Part shown: positions 11,064-21,879 of the stretch, piece after piece
Layout: each line of letters starts with the position of its first letter
Numbering within the stretch: the first letter of the stretch is position 1
Source: Rhodospirillales bacterium
Lineage (GTDB): Bacteria > Pseudomonadota > Alphaproteobacteria > Rhodospirillales > JASLLZ01
Reading direction: 5' to 3'
Length of the DNA stretch: 64,000 nt
Assembly (NCBI GenBank): GCA_030746775.1
Contig: JASLLZ010000008.1
Coordinates: 1,062 to 65,061, forward strand
Notes under the pieces: model-generated
Told to the model about the DNA's origin: nothing
Databases searched by the model: none
The model's input: the letters and a program-made list of their open reading frames with translations, nothing else
Translations under genes and position numbers: made by a program

Positions 11064-11910
11064 GAACGTACCGCAACCCCGTTTTGCCGGCCTGGGCCTG
11101 CGCGTCGTCTCGGCCCTGGCCATGATGCCGCCGGTGATCGGCGCGGTCTATTTCGGATCACCCTATTTCGAAATCGTGCTTGGCGGCTGCGCCGTCGTCA
11201 TGGCGTGGGAATGGCAAAGAATGTGCGGCGGTCGCGGTCGGCAATTCGAACTATTCGTCCTAGCCTCCACCTTCGTGGCGGCCGTCGTCTTGACATCCCT
11301 TGGCCGGCCCTCCGTCGCCCTGGGCGTCTTGTTGGCCGGCTCGGCCGGTTTCTTGGTCCTGGCGGCGCCGTGGCGACGGACCACGCCATTGAACGATGCC
11401 GAGGTCGGTCCAGGGTGGAAGACGGCGGGCGCCGTTTACATTGGCGCATGCTGCGTGGCCTTAACTTGGCTGCGCACCGGTTCCGATTTGGGCTTCGAGA
11501 TCGTTATGTGGTTGTTTGCCACGGTGTGGGCGGTGGACGTCGGCGCCTATGTTTGCGGCCGCCTGATCGGCGGTCCCCGGCTGGTGCCGGCGATCAGCCC
11601 CAACAAGACCGTCGCCGGTCTGCTTGGCGGCATGGCCTGCGCCGGCGCGGTGGGGGCCGCGCTCGGCGCTGTATTCGATCGCCAGGCCGTTGCGCTTCTG
11701 GCGGCGTCGAGCGCCGCCCTGGGTTTTGTGGCGCAGACCGGGGACATCGCGGAATCATGGGTTAAACGACGGCGCGGATTCAAGGATTCCAGCCATCTCA
11801 TCCCCGGTCACGGGGGACTCCTCGACCGCGTCGACGGACTGCTGGCGGCAACCGCGGTAACAGCCCTGTTCATTGCCGCCAAGGAAGGAGGGGTTGCGAC
11901 GTGGTGGTGA
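11026..11910 (+). CDS. cdsA: Phosphatidate cytidylyltransferase
   Basis: Multi-TM protein with the C-terminal signature SHLIPGHGGLLDRVD. The start is ATG 11026 or 11044, overlapping the uppS 3' end. The track ORF 10738 start is too far upstream. Confidence 0.85.
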   Translation: MHVNGAMAHPADKNVPQPRFAGLGLRVVSALAMMPPVIGAVYFGSPYFEIVLGGCAVVMAWEWQRMCGGRGRQFELFVLASTFVAAVVLTSLGRPSVALGVLLAGSAGFLVLAAPWRRTTPLNDAEVGPGWKTAGAVYIGACCVALTWLRTGSDLGFEIVMWLFATVWAVDVGAYVCGRLIGGPRLVPAISPNKTVAGLLGGMACAGAVGAALGAVFDRQAVALLAASSAALGFVAQTGDIAESWVKRRRGFKDSSHLIPGHGGLLDRVDGLLAATAVTALFIAAKEGGVATWW

Positions 11911-13109
11911 GCGGAGGACCCAATGCCACCGACGGAACCGACGCGCCGCGCAGCATCACCGTCCTGGGTTCCACCGGTTCGGTGGGCCGCAATACGGTCG
12001 AACTGATCGATGCGGATCGCTCCGCCTTTGTCGTCGAGGCCCTGACGGCGAACCGCGACGTCGACGGGCTGGCAGAACAGGCGCGGCGCCTGAAACCGCG
12101 TCTAGCCGTGGTGGCGGACCCGTCCCGCTATCAGGAACTTCGGGGCGCCCTGGCGGGAACCGACATCGAAGTGGCGGCCGGCGCCGAGGCCGTGATCGAG
12201 GCGGCGGCGAGGCCCACCGACTGGTTGATGGCGGCGATCGTCGGCGCCGCCGGTCTGGCGCCAACCCTGGAAGCGGTGCGGCGAGGATCGATCGTCGCCC
12301 TTGCCAACAAGGAAAGCCTGGTTTCGGCCGGCGACGTCATGGTCGCCGAGGTGCGCCATCACAAAGCGACCCTGATTCCGGTGGATTCCGAGCACAACGC
12401 CATCTATCAGGTCTTCGATTTCGAGCACGCGGCCAACATCGAACGGATCATCTTGACCGCTTCCGGCGGTCCATTCCGCGAGCGCCAGTTGGCGTCCATG
12501 GCCGATGTGACCCCGGAAGAGGCCGTGGCCCACCCCAACTGGGACATGGGCGCCAAGATATCGGTGGATTCGGCAACCATGATGAACAAGGGCCTTGAAC
12601 TGATCGAGGCCTTCCACCTGTTTCCCGTCGGCAAGGAACGCATCGAAATTCTGGTCCATCCGCAATCCGTGGTGCACTCCATGGTGGCTTATTCGGACGG
12701 CTCGGTGCTTGCCCAGATGAGCGAACCCGACATGCGCACGCCCATCGCCTACGCCCTCGGCTGGCCCAAGCGCATGGCGTCGCCGGCGCCGCGCCTTGAC
12801 TTGGCAAAGATTGGAACACTGACCTTCGAAGCCCCTGATCCCCGACGCTTTCCGGCCCTTCAACTGGCCCGCGATGCCTTGCAAACCGGCGGCGCCGCCC
12901 CAACTATATTGAACGCGGCCAACGAAATCGCGGTGCATGGTTTTCTGGCGCGTGAGATCGGATTCCTTGACATCGCGCGCATCGTGGAGCAAACCGTGGC
13001 GACGGCACCGAACGGCCAGATCGAAAGCCTGGATGATGTGTTCGAGGCCGACGAGGCGGCGCGACGGGTTGCCGGCCAACTGATGTCGCGGCACCGGGCG
13101 GCCGGCTAA
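11901..13109 (+). CDS. dxr: 1-deoxy-D-xylulose 5-phosphate reductoisomerase
   Basis: VLGSTGSVGRNT NADPH motif, LANKESLV, NWDMGAKISVDSATMMNKGLE. GTG start overlaps the cdsA end; the exact start is uncertain. Confidence 0.9.
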   Translation: MVVSGGPNATDGTDAPRSITVLGSTGSVGRNTVELIDADRSAFVVEALTANRDVDGLAEQARRLKPRLAVVADPSRYQELRGALAGTDIEVAAGAEAVIEAAARPTDWLMAAIVGAAGLAPTLEAVRRGSIVALANKESLVSAGDVMVAEVRHHKATLIPVDSEHNAIYQVFDFEHAANIERIILTASGGPFRERQLASMADVTPEEAVAHPNWDMGAKISVDSATMMNKGLELIEAFHLFPVGKERIEILVHPQSVVHSMVAYSDGSVLAQMSEPDMRTPIAYALGWPKRMASPAPRLDLAKIGTLTFEAPDPRRFPALQLARDALQTGGAAPTILNAANEIAVHGFLAREIGFLDIARIVEQTVATAPNGQIESLDDVFEADEAARRVAGQLMSRHRAAG

Positions 13110-13143
13110 GTTTCCCTAATTCCCATTAAGCGGACGGCGATAT

Positions 13144-14274
13144 ATGGATTTCATTAATTTCGTTTGGGAATACATTGTCCCGTTTCTTTTTATCCTGACG
13201 GTTCTCGTCTTCGTCCACGAGATGGGCCACTACTGGGTGGCGCGGCGCAATCAGGTTCGGGTCGAGGTGTTCTCAATCGGTTTCGGACCCGAACTCTACG
13301 GATGGACCGATCGCCTGGGGACGCGATGGAAGATCAGTGCCGTACCCTTGGGCGGCTATGTGAAAATGTTCGGCGAAAACGACGACGGCGAAGACGACGA
13401 TGCTGCCCTGACGCCGGAAGAGCGCGCGGTTTCGTTCCAGCACAAGCGTCTCGGTCAGCGCACCGCCGTCGTCGCCGCCGGACCGTTGGCGAACTATCTA
13501 TTCGCCATCATCGTCCTGGCCGGCCTGTACAGCATTTCAGGAGTTCCCCGGCCCCTGGCCGCGGTCGGCGAGGTGATCGGCGGAAGCGCCGCCGAGGAAG
13601 CCGGCATTCGGCCGGGCGACCGCATATTGCGCATCGACGGAACCGACATTGCCTGGTTCGAGGACCTGCGTCGGATCGTCATGGGCAAGCCCGGCGTTGC
13701 CTTGGAATTCGACATCCTCCGCGACGGCATGGAACTCACCGTCAGAGCGACGCCACAGGCAATCGAGGCGGAAAGTGAGAGCGAAGAGGTCGCGACGTTC
13801 GGCCGCCTTGGGGTCAGGCCAGATCCCGATCATGTCGCCCACGAACGGCAGAACCCGTTGAAGGCACTTTGGATGGGCCTTGAGCGCTCGGTGTCGATGA
13901 CCGGTCAGATCCTATCCTATGTCGGTCAGATCTTTGCCGGATCACAGAAAGCGGACCAGTTGGGAGGTCCCTTGCGAATTGCCCAGATGTCGGGGGCGAT
14001 TTGCCAGGGAGGCATCGTCGAGTGCGCTTTTTTCATGGCCGCGTTGTCCATTAACCTTGGGCTGATCAATCTGTTTCCCATCCCCATGCTGGACGGCGGC
14101 CGTCTGGCATTTTACATCGCCGAGGCGATTCGCGGTCGCCCTTTGGGACCGCGCACGCAAGAATACAGTTTCCGATTCGGGCTGATTCTGGTACTTCTAC
14201 TAATGATATTCGCGACATGGAACGATTTGGTACAACTCAAGGTCTTTGAATTTCTAAAGGATCTCATCACTTGA
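13144..14274 (+). CDS. rseP: RIP zinc metalloprotease (site-2 protease)
   Basis: HEMGHY (HExxH) in TM1, a central PDZ region, and NLFPIPMLDGG near the C-terminus. Confidence 0.9.
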   Translation: MDFINFVWEYIVPFLFILTVLVFVHEMGHYWVARRNQVRVEVFSIGFGPELYGWTDRLGTRWKISAVPLGGYVKMFGENDDGEDDDAALTPEERAVSFQHKRLGQRTAVVAAGPLANYLFAIIVLAGLYSISGVPRPLAAVGEVIGGSAAEEAGIRPGDRILRIDGTDIAWFEDLRRIVMGKPGVALEFDILRDGMELTVRATPQAIEAESESEEVATFGRLGVRPDPDHVAHERQNPLKALWMGLERSVSMTGQILSYVGQIFAGSQKADQLGGPLRIAQMSGAICQGGIVECAFFMAALSINLGLINLFPIPMLDGGRLAFYIAEAIRGRPLGPRTQEYSFRFGLILVLLLMIFATWNDLVQLKVFEFLKDLIT

Positions 14275-16577
14275 TGCCCCTTCGTCCGAAAGGATATTCG
14301 AGACATTGGATCGTCTTCTTTGTTCTCGGAATTTGTCTTGCCTTGTTCGCTGTTCGGCCCCATCAGGCAGCGGCGCAATCGGGCGGGGGAATTGTGCGCG
14401 AAATCGTCGTCGAGGGGGCGCAGAGGATCGAACCCGATACGATACGCTCCTACATGCTGGTTCAGGAAGGCGATCCTTATGACCCCGAGCGCGTTGACCG
14501 CTCCCTGAAGACACTGTTCGCGACCGGCCTGTTCGCCGATGTCAGCCTGCGCCGCCAAGGCGACAAGCTCTTTGTCAGGGTGGTGGAAAACCCGGTCATC
14601 AATCGTATTGCCTTCGAGGGCAATAAACGCCTGAACGACGAGGAATTGAGCGCCGAAGTCACTCTCAGGTCACGTGTCATTTATACCCGCACCAAGGTCC
14701 AGTCGGACGTCAACCGCATCCTTACCCTCTATCGGCGCAGCGGGCGCTTTGCCGCCACGGTCGAGCCCAAAGTCATTCAGTTGCCTCAAAACCGCATCGA
14801 TTTGATCTTCGAAATCGGCGAGGGGGACCTGACCGAGGTCGAACGCATCCGCTTCGTCGGCAACAAGGAATTCAGTGATTCGCGCCTGCGTGAAATCATC
14901 AGGACCAAGGAAACCCGCTGGTATCGCTTTTTCACCTCGGACGATACGTACGATCCGGATCGTATGACGCTGGATCGCGAGTTGCTGCGGCGATTCTATT
15001 TGAAAAACGGCTTTGCCGACAGTCGCGTGATATCCGCGGTGGCGGAACTGACCCCGAACCGCGAAGACTTTTTCCTCACTTTCACTGTCGACGAGGGAGC
15101 CCGCTATCGTTTCGGTACAATAGACGTCGAGGCGCGCCTTCGCGACTTGGATCCCCAGGAATTGCGAGAGAATCTCGAATTGGAGGAAGGCGAGTGGTAC
15201 AACGCGGATGATATCGAGGATGCCTCCGACGATTTGGCCGACGCGGTAGGCGAAAAGGGATACGCCTTCGTCGATGTGCGGCCGCGCATCGTCCGCGACA
15301 GGCCCAACCGGACAATCAACATCACCTTCGAAATTGGGGAAGGGCCGCGGGTCTTCGTCGAACGGATCGACATCACGGGAAATGTGAGAACCCTGGACAA
15401 GGTGGTTCGCCGCGAATTCCGTCTGGTCGAGGGAGACGCCTTCAATTTGACCAAGCTGAGGCGCTCCAAGCAGCGCATTCAGAACCTGGGATTCTTCGAA
15501 AAGGTGGAATTGGAGCAGGTTCCGGGAAGCGCCTCGGACAAGACAGTCCTCAACGTGGACGTTGAAGAAAAATCGACGGGGGCATTGTCCATTGGCGCCG
15601 GCTTTTCAAGCACCAATGGCGCCTTGGTCGACTTTGGAATACGCGAAAGGAATCTTTTGGGCCGGGGTCAGGACCTGAACCTCAAGGTCACCGCGGCGCA
15701 ACGCAAGAGTCAAGTGGACTTGAGCTTTACCGAACCCTACTTTCTCGACCGCGAAGTGAGAGCGGGATTCGACATCTTCAGTATCAAGGCCGACCTGCAG
15801 GATACCAGTTCCCATGACTTGAAGTCGCTGGGCACGTCATTTCGAATCGGATATCCGATCACCGAAAGTATCACACAGGGTTGGAAGTACACCATCGAAC
15901 AGACCGACGTGACCAATGTTTCCTCCAGCGCGTCGCAGTTCATCCAGTTGCAAGAGGGGACTGAACTGTTATCCGAGATTTCGCACAGCCTCACCTACGA
16001 CAAGCGCGACAATCGCCTGGACCCAACCGAGGGTCACTTTGCGCGCCTGACAACCGATCTGGCGGGCTTGGGCGGATCGACCCGATATATCCGCAATCGC
16101 CTGAACGGGGGCAAGTATTATTCTCTCGGCGACGAATATGTGCTCGGCTTGACGAGCAGCGCCGGCTACATCCTGGGCATCGGCAAGGACGTTAATCTAG
16201 CGGACCGTTTCTTCATCGGCGGCAACGAGGTACGTGGCTTCGCCGACGCCGGCCTTGGTCCCCGCGACCGCGGCACAAAGGATGCCTTGGGCGGTGAATG
16301 GATGTACTCAGCCTCGGCCGAACTCGTCTTCCCCATTGGACTGCCCAACGAATTGGGCATCAAGGCCAAGGTATTCACGGATTTGGGAAGCTCGGGTAAA
16401 CTCTCGCCGTCTAGCTCCGATATTCACGATTCCGGCGCCCCGCGTGCTTCGATTGGAACGGGCATTAGGTGGATTTCGCCGTTCGGTGCGATCGGCATCG
16501 ACCTGGGATTCCCGGTCTTGAAGGAAAGTTTCGACGAGATCGAAAATCTCCGCTTCAACTTCGGAACGAAATTCTAG
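14274..16577 (+). CDS. bamA: Outer membrane protein assembly factor BamA
   Basis: Signal peptide, POTRA repeats (IVVEGAQRIEPDTIRSY..., IRFVGNKEFSD..., IDITGNVRTLDKVVRRE) and a beta-barrel ending FNFGTKF. The ATG overlaps the rseP stop (TGATG). Confidence 0.93.
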   Translation: MPLRPKGYSRHWIVFFVLGICLALFAVRPHQAAAQSGGGIVREIVVEGAQRIEPDTIRSYMLVQEGDPYDPERVDRSLKTLFATGLFADVSLRRQGDKLFVRVVENPVINRIAFEGNKRLNDEELSAEVTLRSRVIYTRTKVQSDVNRILTLYRRSGRFAATVEPKVIQLPQNRIDLIFEIGEGDLTEVERIRFVGNKEFSDSRLREIIRTKETRWYRFFTSDDTYDPDRMTLDRELLRRFYLKNGFADSRVISAVAELTPNREDFFLTFTVDEGARYRFGTIDVEARLRDLDPQELRENLELEEGEWYNADDIEDASDDLADAVGEKGYAFVDVRPRIVRDRPNRTINITFEIGEGPRVFVERIDITGNVRTLDKVVRREFRLVEGDAFNLTKLRRSKQRIQNLGFFEKVELEQVPGSASDKTVLNVDVEEKSTGALSIGAGFSSTNGALVDFGIRERNLLGRGQDLNLKVTAAQRKSQVDLSFTEPYFLDREVRAGFDIFSIKADLQDTSSHDLKSLGTSFRIGYPITESITQGWKYTIEQTDVTNVSSSASQFIQLQEGTELLSEISHSLTYDKRDNRLDPTEGHFARLTTDLAGLGGSTRYIRNRLNGGKYYSLGDEYVLGLTSSAGYILGIGKDVNLADRFFIGGNEVRGFADAGLGPRDRGTKDALGGEWMYSASAELVFPIGLPNELGIKAKVFTDLGSSGKLSPSSSDIHDSGAPRASIGTGIRWISPFGAIGIDLGFPVLKESFDEIENLRFNFGTKF

Positions 16578-16589
16578 GAGAGTACCTTG

Positions 16590-17153
16590 ATGCGCCATTT
16601 TGTTTTTATAATCTGCGCGTTGTTGGTGACGGCGACGCTCAAGCCGGTGGCGGCACAAGAACCCGCAAGAGTGGGCACCTTGCGCGTCAAAATGGCCGTT
16701 ATCGACATGAATGCGGTGCGGCGAAATGCCGCCGCGGTAAAAGACATTCGAATCCAAGTCGAAAAATTCCGTGCCGCGTTCCAGGCCGAGATCAAGAAAG
16801 AAGAGGAAGAACTCCGCACAGCCAACCAGGAACTGGGCCGTCAACGGGCCATTCTTTCGCCGGAGGCCTTCACCGAGGAGCGGCGCAAGTTCGATCAACG
16901 CCTGGCTGGGGTGCAACGCAAAGTGCAGCAGCGCAAGCAAAACCTGGACAAGGCCCTGAACGACGCCATGTTCGAGGTGCAAAAATCTCTCAACAAGATT
17001 GTCGTCGAACTGGCCAAGGAACACAGCCTGACCCTGGTTCTGCGCAAGGAACAAACCGTCCTCGTGGCAAAACCCCTGAACATTACGGAGGTCGTGCTCC
17101 AGCGGTTGGATTCGGCCATGCCCACGATCAAGGTTCCAGAACCCGGAAAATAG
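16590..17153 (+). CDS. skp: OmpH/Skp-family periplasmic chaperone
   Basis: Signal peptide MRHFVFIICALLVTATLKPVAA, followed by a K/E/Q-rich coiled-coil region. Canonical position between bamA and lpxD. Confidence 0.8.
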   Translation: MRHFVFIICALLVTATLKPVAAQEPARVGTLRVKMAVIDMNAVRRNAAAVKDIRIQVEKFRAAFQAEIKKEEEELRTANQELGRQRAILSPEAFTEERRKFDQRLAGVQRKVQQRKQNLDKALNDAMFEVQKSLNKIVVELAKEHSLTLVLRKEQTVLVAKPLNITEVVLQRLDSAMPTIKVPEPGK

Positions 17154-17156
17154 GTC

Positions 17157-18188
17157 ATGGCCGACCCGCGATTCTACTCGGTAGCCGGGCCATTCACTCT
17201 TGCGGCGTTAGCGAAGATATCGGGCGCGCGTGTCGGCAGCGAAGGGGTTGTCGGCACCGTCTTTACCGATGTCGCTTCCCTTGACGTGGCGGGGCCGACC
17301 GACGTCGGTTTTCTCGACAACAAGCTCTATACCGACGATTTCGCCAAAAGCGCGGCGGGCGCCTGCCTGGTCCATCCCGACTTGGCCGCCAAGGCACCCT
17401 CGTCCATGGCCTTGTTGTTAACCGATGAGCCCTATCACGCCTATGCCAGGGTAGCGCGCTCTTTTTATCCAAGGGCGCCGATGACGGCAGCCGTCGCGCC
17501 GTCGGCGGTCGTCGGCGAGACGGCGGTTCTTGGCGCCGATTGCCGGATCGAACCGGGAGCCGTCGTCGGCGAACGTACCGAGGTCGGGCGCCGCTGCCAT
17601 ATTGGCGCCAATGCGGTTCTTGGCGACGGCGTGGTCTTGGGAGACGATTGCGAAATCGGCGCCAACGCCTCGCTCGCGTTTTGTCTTGTCGGGCGCGGCG
17701 TAGTCATCCACGCCGGCGTGCGCATCGGCCAGGATGGGTTCGGATTTGCCCTCGGTCCCCAAGGACACATCAAAGTTCCCCAATTGGGACGGGTTATCAT
17801 CGAAGACGACGTCGAAATTGGGGCCAATACCACGATAGACCGCGGCACCGGCCCCGACACCGTCATCGGTGCCGGCAGCAAGATTGATAATCTGGTGCAA
17901 ATTGCCCATAACGTACGCTTGGGTCGGGGCTGTGTCATCGTGTCCCAAGTCGGGATTTCAGGCAGCACCAAGGCGGATGACTTCGTTATGATGGGCGGGC
18001 AGGCGGGATTGACCGGCCACTTGGTCATCGGCGCCGGAGCCCGCATCGGCGCCCAGAGCGGCGTCATGCGAAACGTGGAGGCGGGCGCCACCGTCATCGG
18101 CTCCCCCGCCGTGCCGGCGACCGAACACTGGCGACAGGTGGCAACCTTGGCCAAGCTGAGCCGGAAAGGGAAAAAGAAAGGGAGCTGA
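17157..18188 (+). CDS. lpxD: UDP-3-O-acylglucosamine N-acyltransferase
   Basis: 343 aa. Left-handed beta-helix hexapeptide repeats. Conserved skp-lpxD-fabZ-lpxA context. Confidence 0.9.
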   Translation: MADPRFYSVAGPFTLAALAKISGARVGSEGVVGTVFTDVASLDVAGPTDVGFLDNKLYTDDFAKSAAGACLVHPDLAAKAPSSMALLLTDEPYHAYARVARSFYPRAPMTAAVAPSAVVGETAVLGADCRIEPGAVVGERTEVGRRCHIGANAVLGDGVVLGDDCEIGANASLAFCLVGRGVVIHAGVRIGQDGFGFALGPQGHIKVPQLGRVIIEDDVEIGANTTIDRGTGPDTVIGAGSKIDNLVQIAHNVRLGRGCVIVSQVGISGSTKADDFVMMGGQAGLTGHLVIGAGARIGAQSGVMRNVEAGATVIGSPAVPATEHWRQVATLAKLSRKGKKKGS

Positions 18189-18191
18189 ACG

Positions 18192-18659
18192 ATGGACAAG
18201 GGGGCGGACTCCACGGCGAATGCGGTAATCGAAATCGGGCGGGTCATGGAGATGATTCCCCATCGCTATCCCTTTCTGATGATCGATCGGATTATCGAAA
18301 CGGTTCCCGACTCGAATGCCACCGCGGTCAAGAACGTCACCATCGACGAACCTTTTTTTCAAGGCCACTTTCCCAATCATCCGGTAATGCCCGGTGTGCT
18401 AATTGTCGAATCGATGGCCCAGACAGCCGCCATCCTTGTCGTACATACCCTGGGCGAAAATTCGGAGGGTAAACTGGTCTATTTCACGTCGATCGAGACG
18501 GCGCGCTTCCGCAAACCGGTGACCCCCGGCGATTCGCTTCGCATCCACGTCCAAAAGGAACGCAACCGGGGTGGACTGTGGAAGTTCAGCGGCAAGGCCG
18601 AGGTCGATGGCGCGGTCGTCGCCGAAGCGACTTTCTCGGCCATGATCATGGATGATTAA
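18192..18659 (+). CDS. fabZ: 3-hydroxyacyl-ACP dehydratase
   Basis: HFPNHPVMPGVLIVESMAQ hotdog active-site motif. Confidence 0.93.
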   Translation: MDKGADSTANAVIEIGRVMEMIPHRYPFLMIDRIIETVPDSNATAVKNVTIDEPFFQGHFPNHPVMPGVLIVESMAQTAAILVVHTLGENSEGKLVYFTSIETARFRKPVTPGDSLRIHVQKERNRGGLWKFSGKAEVDGAVVAEATFSAMIMDD

Positions 18660-19460
18660 ATGACGGAAATTCACCCCACGGCCATTGTCGAAAATGGTGC
18701 CGAACTAGGCGAAAACGTCACCATCGGCCCCTACAGCCTAATCGGGCCGAACGTCGTTCTTGAAGATGGCGTTACCCTGCTGGGGCACACCGTGATCAAT
18801 GGGCAAACGGTCTTGGGCGCCAATTGCCGGGTCTTTCCCTTTGCCACCGTCGGCCTCCCTCCCCAAGACCTGAAATACAAAGGCGAACCGTCGCGCCTGA
18901 TCATCGGCTGCAATACCGTGATCCGCGAGCACGTCACCTTGAACCCGGGCACGGAAGGGGGCGGCATGGAGACCCGCGTCGGCAACAACTGCCTGTTCAT
19001 GGTCGGCAGCCACGTCGCCCACGATTGCCAGGTCGGCGATCACGCCATCTTGGTCAACAACGCCACCTTGGCCGGACACGTCAAGGTCGGTGAATGGGCC
19101 ATCGTCGGCGGGCTGTCGGCGGTCCATCAGTTCGTGCGTATCGGTCGCCACGCCATGATCGGCGGCATGTCAGGGGTCGAGAACGACGTCATCCCCTATG
19201 GATCGGTGGTCGGCAACCGGGCGCGGCTATCAGGCTTGAATGTCATCGGCCTCAAGCGGCGGGGGTTTTCGCGCGACGTCATCCACGATCTGCGCAACGC
19301 CTACCGGCTGCTGTTCGCCCAGGAAGGGACGATGGCCGAACGCCTGGAAGACGTGGCCGAGCTGTTCCCTCATGTCGAACCGGTGATGGAAATCGTCGAT
19401 TTCATTCGCGTTGAATCGACGCGCTCTATCTGCCAACCCCATATGGAAGATGCCGCCTAA
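18660..19460 (+). CDS. lpxA: Acyl-ACP--UDP-N-acetylglucosamine O-acyltransferase
   Basis: Hexapeptide repeats followed by a helical C-terminal domain. The start abuts the fabZ stop. Confidence 0.92.
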   Translation: MTEIHPTAIVENGAELGENVTIGPYSLIGPNVVLEDGVTLLGHTVINGQTVLGANCRVFPFATVGLPPQDLKYKGEPSRLIIGCNTVIREHVTLNPGTEGGGMETRVGNNCLFMVGSHVAHDCQVGDHAILVNNATLAGHVKVGEWAIVGGLSAVHQFVRIGRHAMIGGMSGVENDVIPYGSVVGNRARLSGLNVIGLKRRGFSRDVIHDLRNAYRLLFAQEGTMAERLEDVAELFPHVEPVMEIVDFIRVESTRSICQPHMEDAA

Positions 19461-20286
19461 GCTCGGAATATTAGCCGGCGGTGGTGAACTTCCGGCCCGT
19501 ATCATCAATACCTGCAAGGATGCCGGGCGCGACGTCTTCGTCCTTGCCTTCATAGATCAGACCGATCCTGAAACCGTGGCCGGAACGTCTCACGCATGGG
19601 TTCGCCTGGGCGCGGCCGGCGATGCCATCGAACGCCTGCACCGGGCCGGGGTCGAGGACGTGGTCATGGCGGGAGCCATCCGCCGGCCCACTCTCGGCGC
19701 GCTGAGACCGGACCTCCGGGCGGCCAGGCTGATTGCCAAATTGGGTGTCGCCGTGCTTGGCGACGACAAGCTTCTGTCGGCCGTGGTCCGTGAACTGGAA
19801 GAGAAAGAGGGTTTCCGGGTCGTCGGTCCGCAGAGCCTGCTTCCCGGCTCCCTCGCCGCCAAGGGTATCCTCGGCGACCACCGGCCCGACGAACAGGCCC
19901 ACCAAGATACCCGGCGCGGCATTGAGGTGGCCCTGGGCATCGGGGCCCTTGACGTGGGTCAGGGCGCGGTGGTGCAGCAGGGCTTGGTCCTTGCCGTGGA
20001 AGCCGTTGAGGGGACGGATGCGATGTTGGCGCGCGCCGCGAACCTACGCCGCGAGGGGCCGGGCGGCGTCCTGGTCAAGGTCAGCAAGCCGGGGCAGGAG
20101 CGACGCGCCGATCTTCCCACCATCGGCGTTGCAACCGTCGCGGCGGCGGCCCGGGCGGGCCTCAGGGGAATAGCCGTGGAAGCCGGCGGCACCCTTTTGA
20201 TTGACCCCGAAATGATCATTCGGGCGGCCGATGAGGCGGGCCTCTTTGTGCTTGGCGTCGAGGTACCCGAGGAACTTTCCGGGTGA
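19450..20286 (+). CDS. lpxI: UDP-2,3-diacylglucosamine pyrophosphatase LpxI (DUF1009 family)
   Basis: MPPKLGILAGGGELP start at ATG 19450, overlapping the lpxA end. It sits between lpxA and lpxB, as described for Caulobacter LpxI. Confidence 0.8.
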   Translation: MPPKLGILAGGGELPARIINTCKDAGRDVFVLAFIDQTDPETVAGTSHAWVRLGAAGDAIERLHRAGVEDVVMAGAIRRPTLGALRPDLRAARLIAKLGVAVLGDDKLLSAVVRELEEKEGFRVVGPQSLLPGSLAAKGILGDHRPDEQAHQDTRRGIEVALGIGALDVGQGAVVQQGLVLAVEAVEGTDAMLARAANLRREGPGGVLVKVSKPGQERRADLPTIGVATVAAAARAGLRGIAVEAGGTLLIDPEMIIRAADEAGLFVLGVEVPEELSG

Positions 20287-21458
20287 CGGCGGCGCCTCTC
20301 GTTTTCCTGATCGCCGGCGAACCCTCGGGCGACGTGCTTGGCGGCCGGCTCATGGCCGCCCTCGACCGTTTGACCGGCGGCCATATCCGGTTTGCCGGCG
20401 TCGGCGGCCCGGAGATGGAAGCCCTCGGCCTTAGCAGCCTCTTCCCCATGGGCGATCTCTCGGTCATGGGGGTGGCCGAGGTCGTGCCGCGGCTGCCAAG
20501 GATATTGCGCCGCCTGCGCCAGACGGTGGCGGCGGCCAAGTTGAGCCGTCCGGCCGCCGTGGTAACCATCGATTCGCCCGATTTCAGCTTTCGCGTCGCC
20601 CGGCGACTAAAGGGAAGGGGGTTTCCCCTCATTCACTATGTCGCCCCGACGGTCTGGGCATGGCGGCCGGGCCGCGCCCGCGCCATCGCGGCCTTTCTTG
20701 ACCATGTGATGGCCTTGTTGCCGTTCGAGCCGCCTTACTTCCAGGCCGAGGGACTGGCCTCGACCTTCGTCGGCCATCCGGTGGTGGAAAGCGGTGCCGG
20801 CGATGGCAACGGAGCGGCCTTCCGGCGCCGTCACGGCATCGACCCCGGGGTTCCCCTGGTCTGTTTCCTGCCCGGCAGCCGAAAAAGCGAGGTCGGCCCC
20901 CTCATGCCCATATTCGGCGAGACCTTGGCGCGCCTACGCCGCGGCCAGCCCGACCTTCGCTGCGTCGTTGCCACCGTGGCGACGGTCGCCGATGGCGTGA
21001 CCGCCGCTACCCGGAATTGGCCGACGCCGCCACTGGTCGTCTCGGATACGGCGGAGAAATACGACGCCTTCGCCGCCGCCGATGCGGCCCTGGCCGCCTC
21101 GGGCACGGTGGCCCTTGAACTGGCCATGGCCAACACCCCGGCGGTGATCGCCTACAAGATCAACCCCTTGACCGCATTTGTGGTCCGCCGCCTGGTCAAG
21201 GTGCGCTACGTCAACCTGATCAACATCGTCCTGGACCGCCCGGCGGTGCCCGAATTCCTGCAAAATGACTGTCGGCCCGAACGCCTGGCGGCGGCCATCG
21301 ATGATTTGCTCGGAGATGGCGAAGCCCGCGACCGGCAGATCGTGGCGGGACGCGATGCCCTGCGCCGACTGGGCCTTGGCGGACCGCCGACGGGCGAGCG
21401 CGCCGCCCGGGTGGTACTCGACGTCATCAAACGTTATTCTGAATCCAACGGAGGATAA
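20283..21458 (+). CDS. lpxB: Lipid-A-disaccharide synthase
   Basis: N-terminal LIAGEPSGD motif. 391 aa GT19-like protein. GTG start overlaps the lpxI stop (GTGA). Confidence 0.9.
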   Translation: MTAAPLVFLIAGEPSGDVLGGRLMAALDRLTGGHIRFAGVGGPEMEALGLSSLFPMGDLSVMGVAEVVPRLPRILRRLRQTVAAAKLSRPAAVVTIDSPDFSFRVARRLKGRGFPLIHYVAPTVWAWRPGRARAIAAFLDHVMALLPFEPPYFQAEGLASTFVGHPVVESGAGDGNGAAFRRRHGIDPGVPLVCFLPGSRKSEVGPLMPIFGETLARLRRGQPDLRCVVATVATVADGVTAATRNWPTPPLVVSDTAEKYDAFAAADAALAASGTVALELAMANTPAVIAYKINPLTAFVVRRLVKVRYVNLINIVLDRPAVPEFLQNDCRPERLAAAIDDLLGDGEARDRQIVAGRDALRRLGLGGPPTGERAARVVLDVIKRYSESNGG

Positions 21459-21462
21459 GACG

Positions 21463-21867
21463 ATGACGGAGACCCCGACCTACAGACTGCTTCACACCAT
21501 GATCCGGGTTCGCGACCTGGACAAATCGCTCGACTTCTACACACGGCTTTTGGGCATGACGCTTATACGCAAGAAAGACTATCCGAGCGGGCGATTCACC
21601 CTTGCCTTCGTCGGCTACGGCGACGAGGAGAATACCGCGGTGGTCGAACTGACCCACAACTGGGACCAGGCCGAACCCTACGAACTGGGCAGCGGCTTTG
21701 GCCACCTGGCCATTGGCGTGCCCGACGTCTATGCCTGTTGCGAATTACTGGCGGCGGAAGGGGTCAACATTCCGCGCCCCGCCGGGCCGATGAAGCACGG
21801 CGGCTCGGTGATCGCCTTCGCCGAGGACCCCGACGGCTACAAGATCGAGATCTGCGAGCGCAAATAG
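21463..21867 (+). CDS. gloA: Lactoylglutathione lyase (glyoxalase I)
   Basis: 134 aa from ATG 21463. LLHTMIRVRDLDKSLDFYTRLLGM and GFGHLAIGV motifs of the VOC superfamily. Confidence 0.85.
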   Translation: MTETPTYRLLHTMIRVRDLDKSLDFYTRLLGMTLIRKKDYPSGRFTLAFVGYGDEENTAVVELTHNWDQAEPYELGSGFGHLAIGVPDVYACCELLAAEGVNIPRPAGPMKHGGSVIAFAEDPDGYKIEICERK

Positions 21868-21879
21868 TTGACCGTGAAG